Source: Lama glama (lineage: Eukaryota). Taken from it: a stretch of 64,000 nucleotides of DNA. A program made the position numbers and the translations under genes. The first letter of the stretch is position 1. The number at the start of each line of letters is the position of its first letter. Below are positions 63,996 to 64,000 of this stretch, one piece after another. The notes beneath the pieces were generated by a model. That model was not told where the DNA came from, did not search any database, and saw only the letters and a list, made by a program, of their open reading frames with translations. The stretch lies in the NCBI GenBank assembly GCA_028534125.1, contig CM052816.1, forward strand, positions 31,560,001 through 31,624,000, written 5' to 3'.

Positions 63996-64000
63996 CTCAC

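Noticed and set aside
1..64000. CRISPR arrays, operons or other prokaryotic systems
   Set aside because: The sequence is repeat-rich, CpG-depleted mammalian DNA with no regularly spaced repeat-spacer array and no dense ORFs

Overview
Mammalian, almost certainly camelid (camel, alpaca or llama), genomic DNA. The taxon call rests on a Vic-1-type tRNA-derived SINE and on a set of young, near-identical L1 copies of one family. The window is three contigs joined by two placeholder gaps of exactly 500 N (3015-3514 and 52499-52998), and all four contig ends stop inside young L1s. I could not recognise any protein-coding gene. The ORF track is chance ORFs, gap-spanning artefacts and L1/ERVL fragments. 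Content is mostly interspersed repeats: young and old L1, L2, MIR, MER5-type DNA transposons, MaLR (MLT1) LTRs, and two ERVL remnants with recognisable pol, integrase and dUTPase. The most interesting observations are: (1) an antisense ATG-ORF plus splice cassette in a CpG-intact L1 5'UTR, resembling the human L1 antisense promoter/ORF0; (2) a strong L1-orientation and T/A skew implying a hidden + strand transcription unit in the middle contig, with two frame-preserving microexon candidates; (3) rearranged L1s, one permuted and one with a twin-priming inversion; (4) a perfect 19-bp-arm hairpin. Repeat subfamily names and boundaries were assigned by eye and are approximate.
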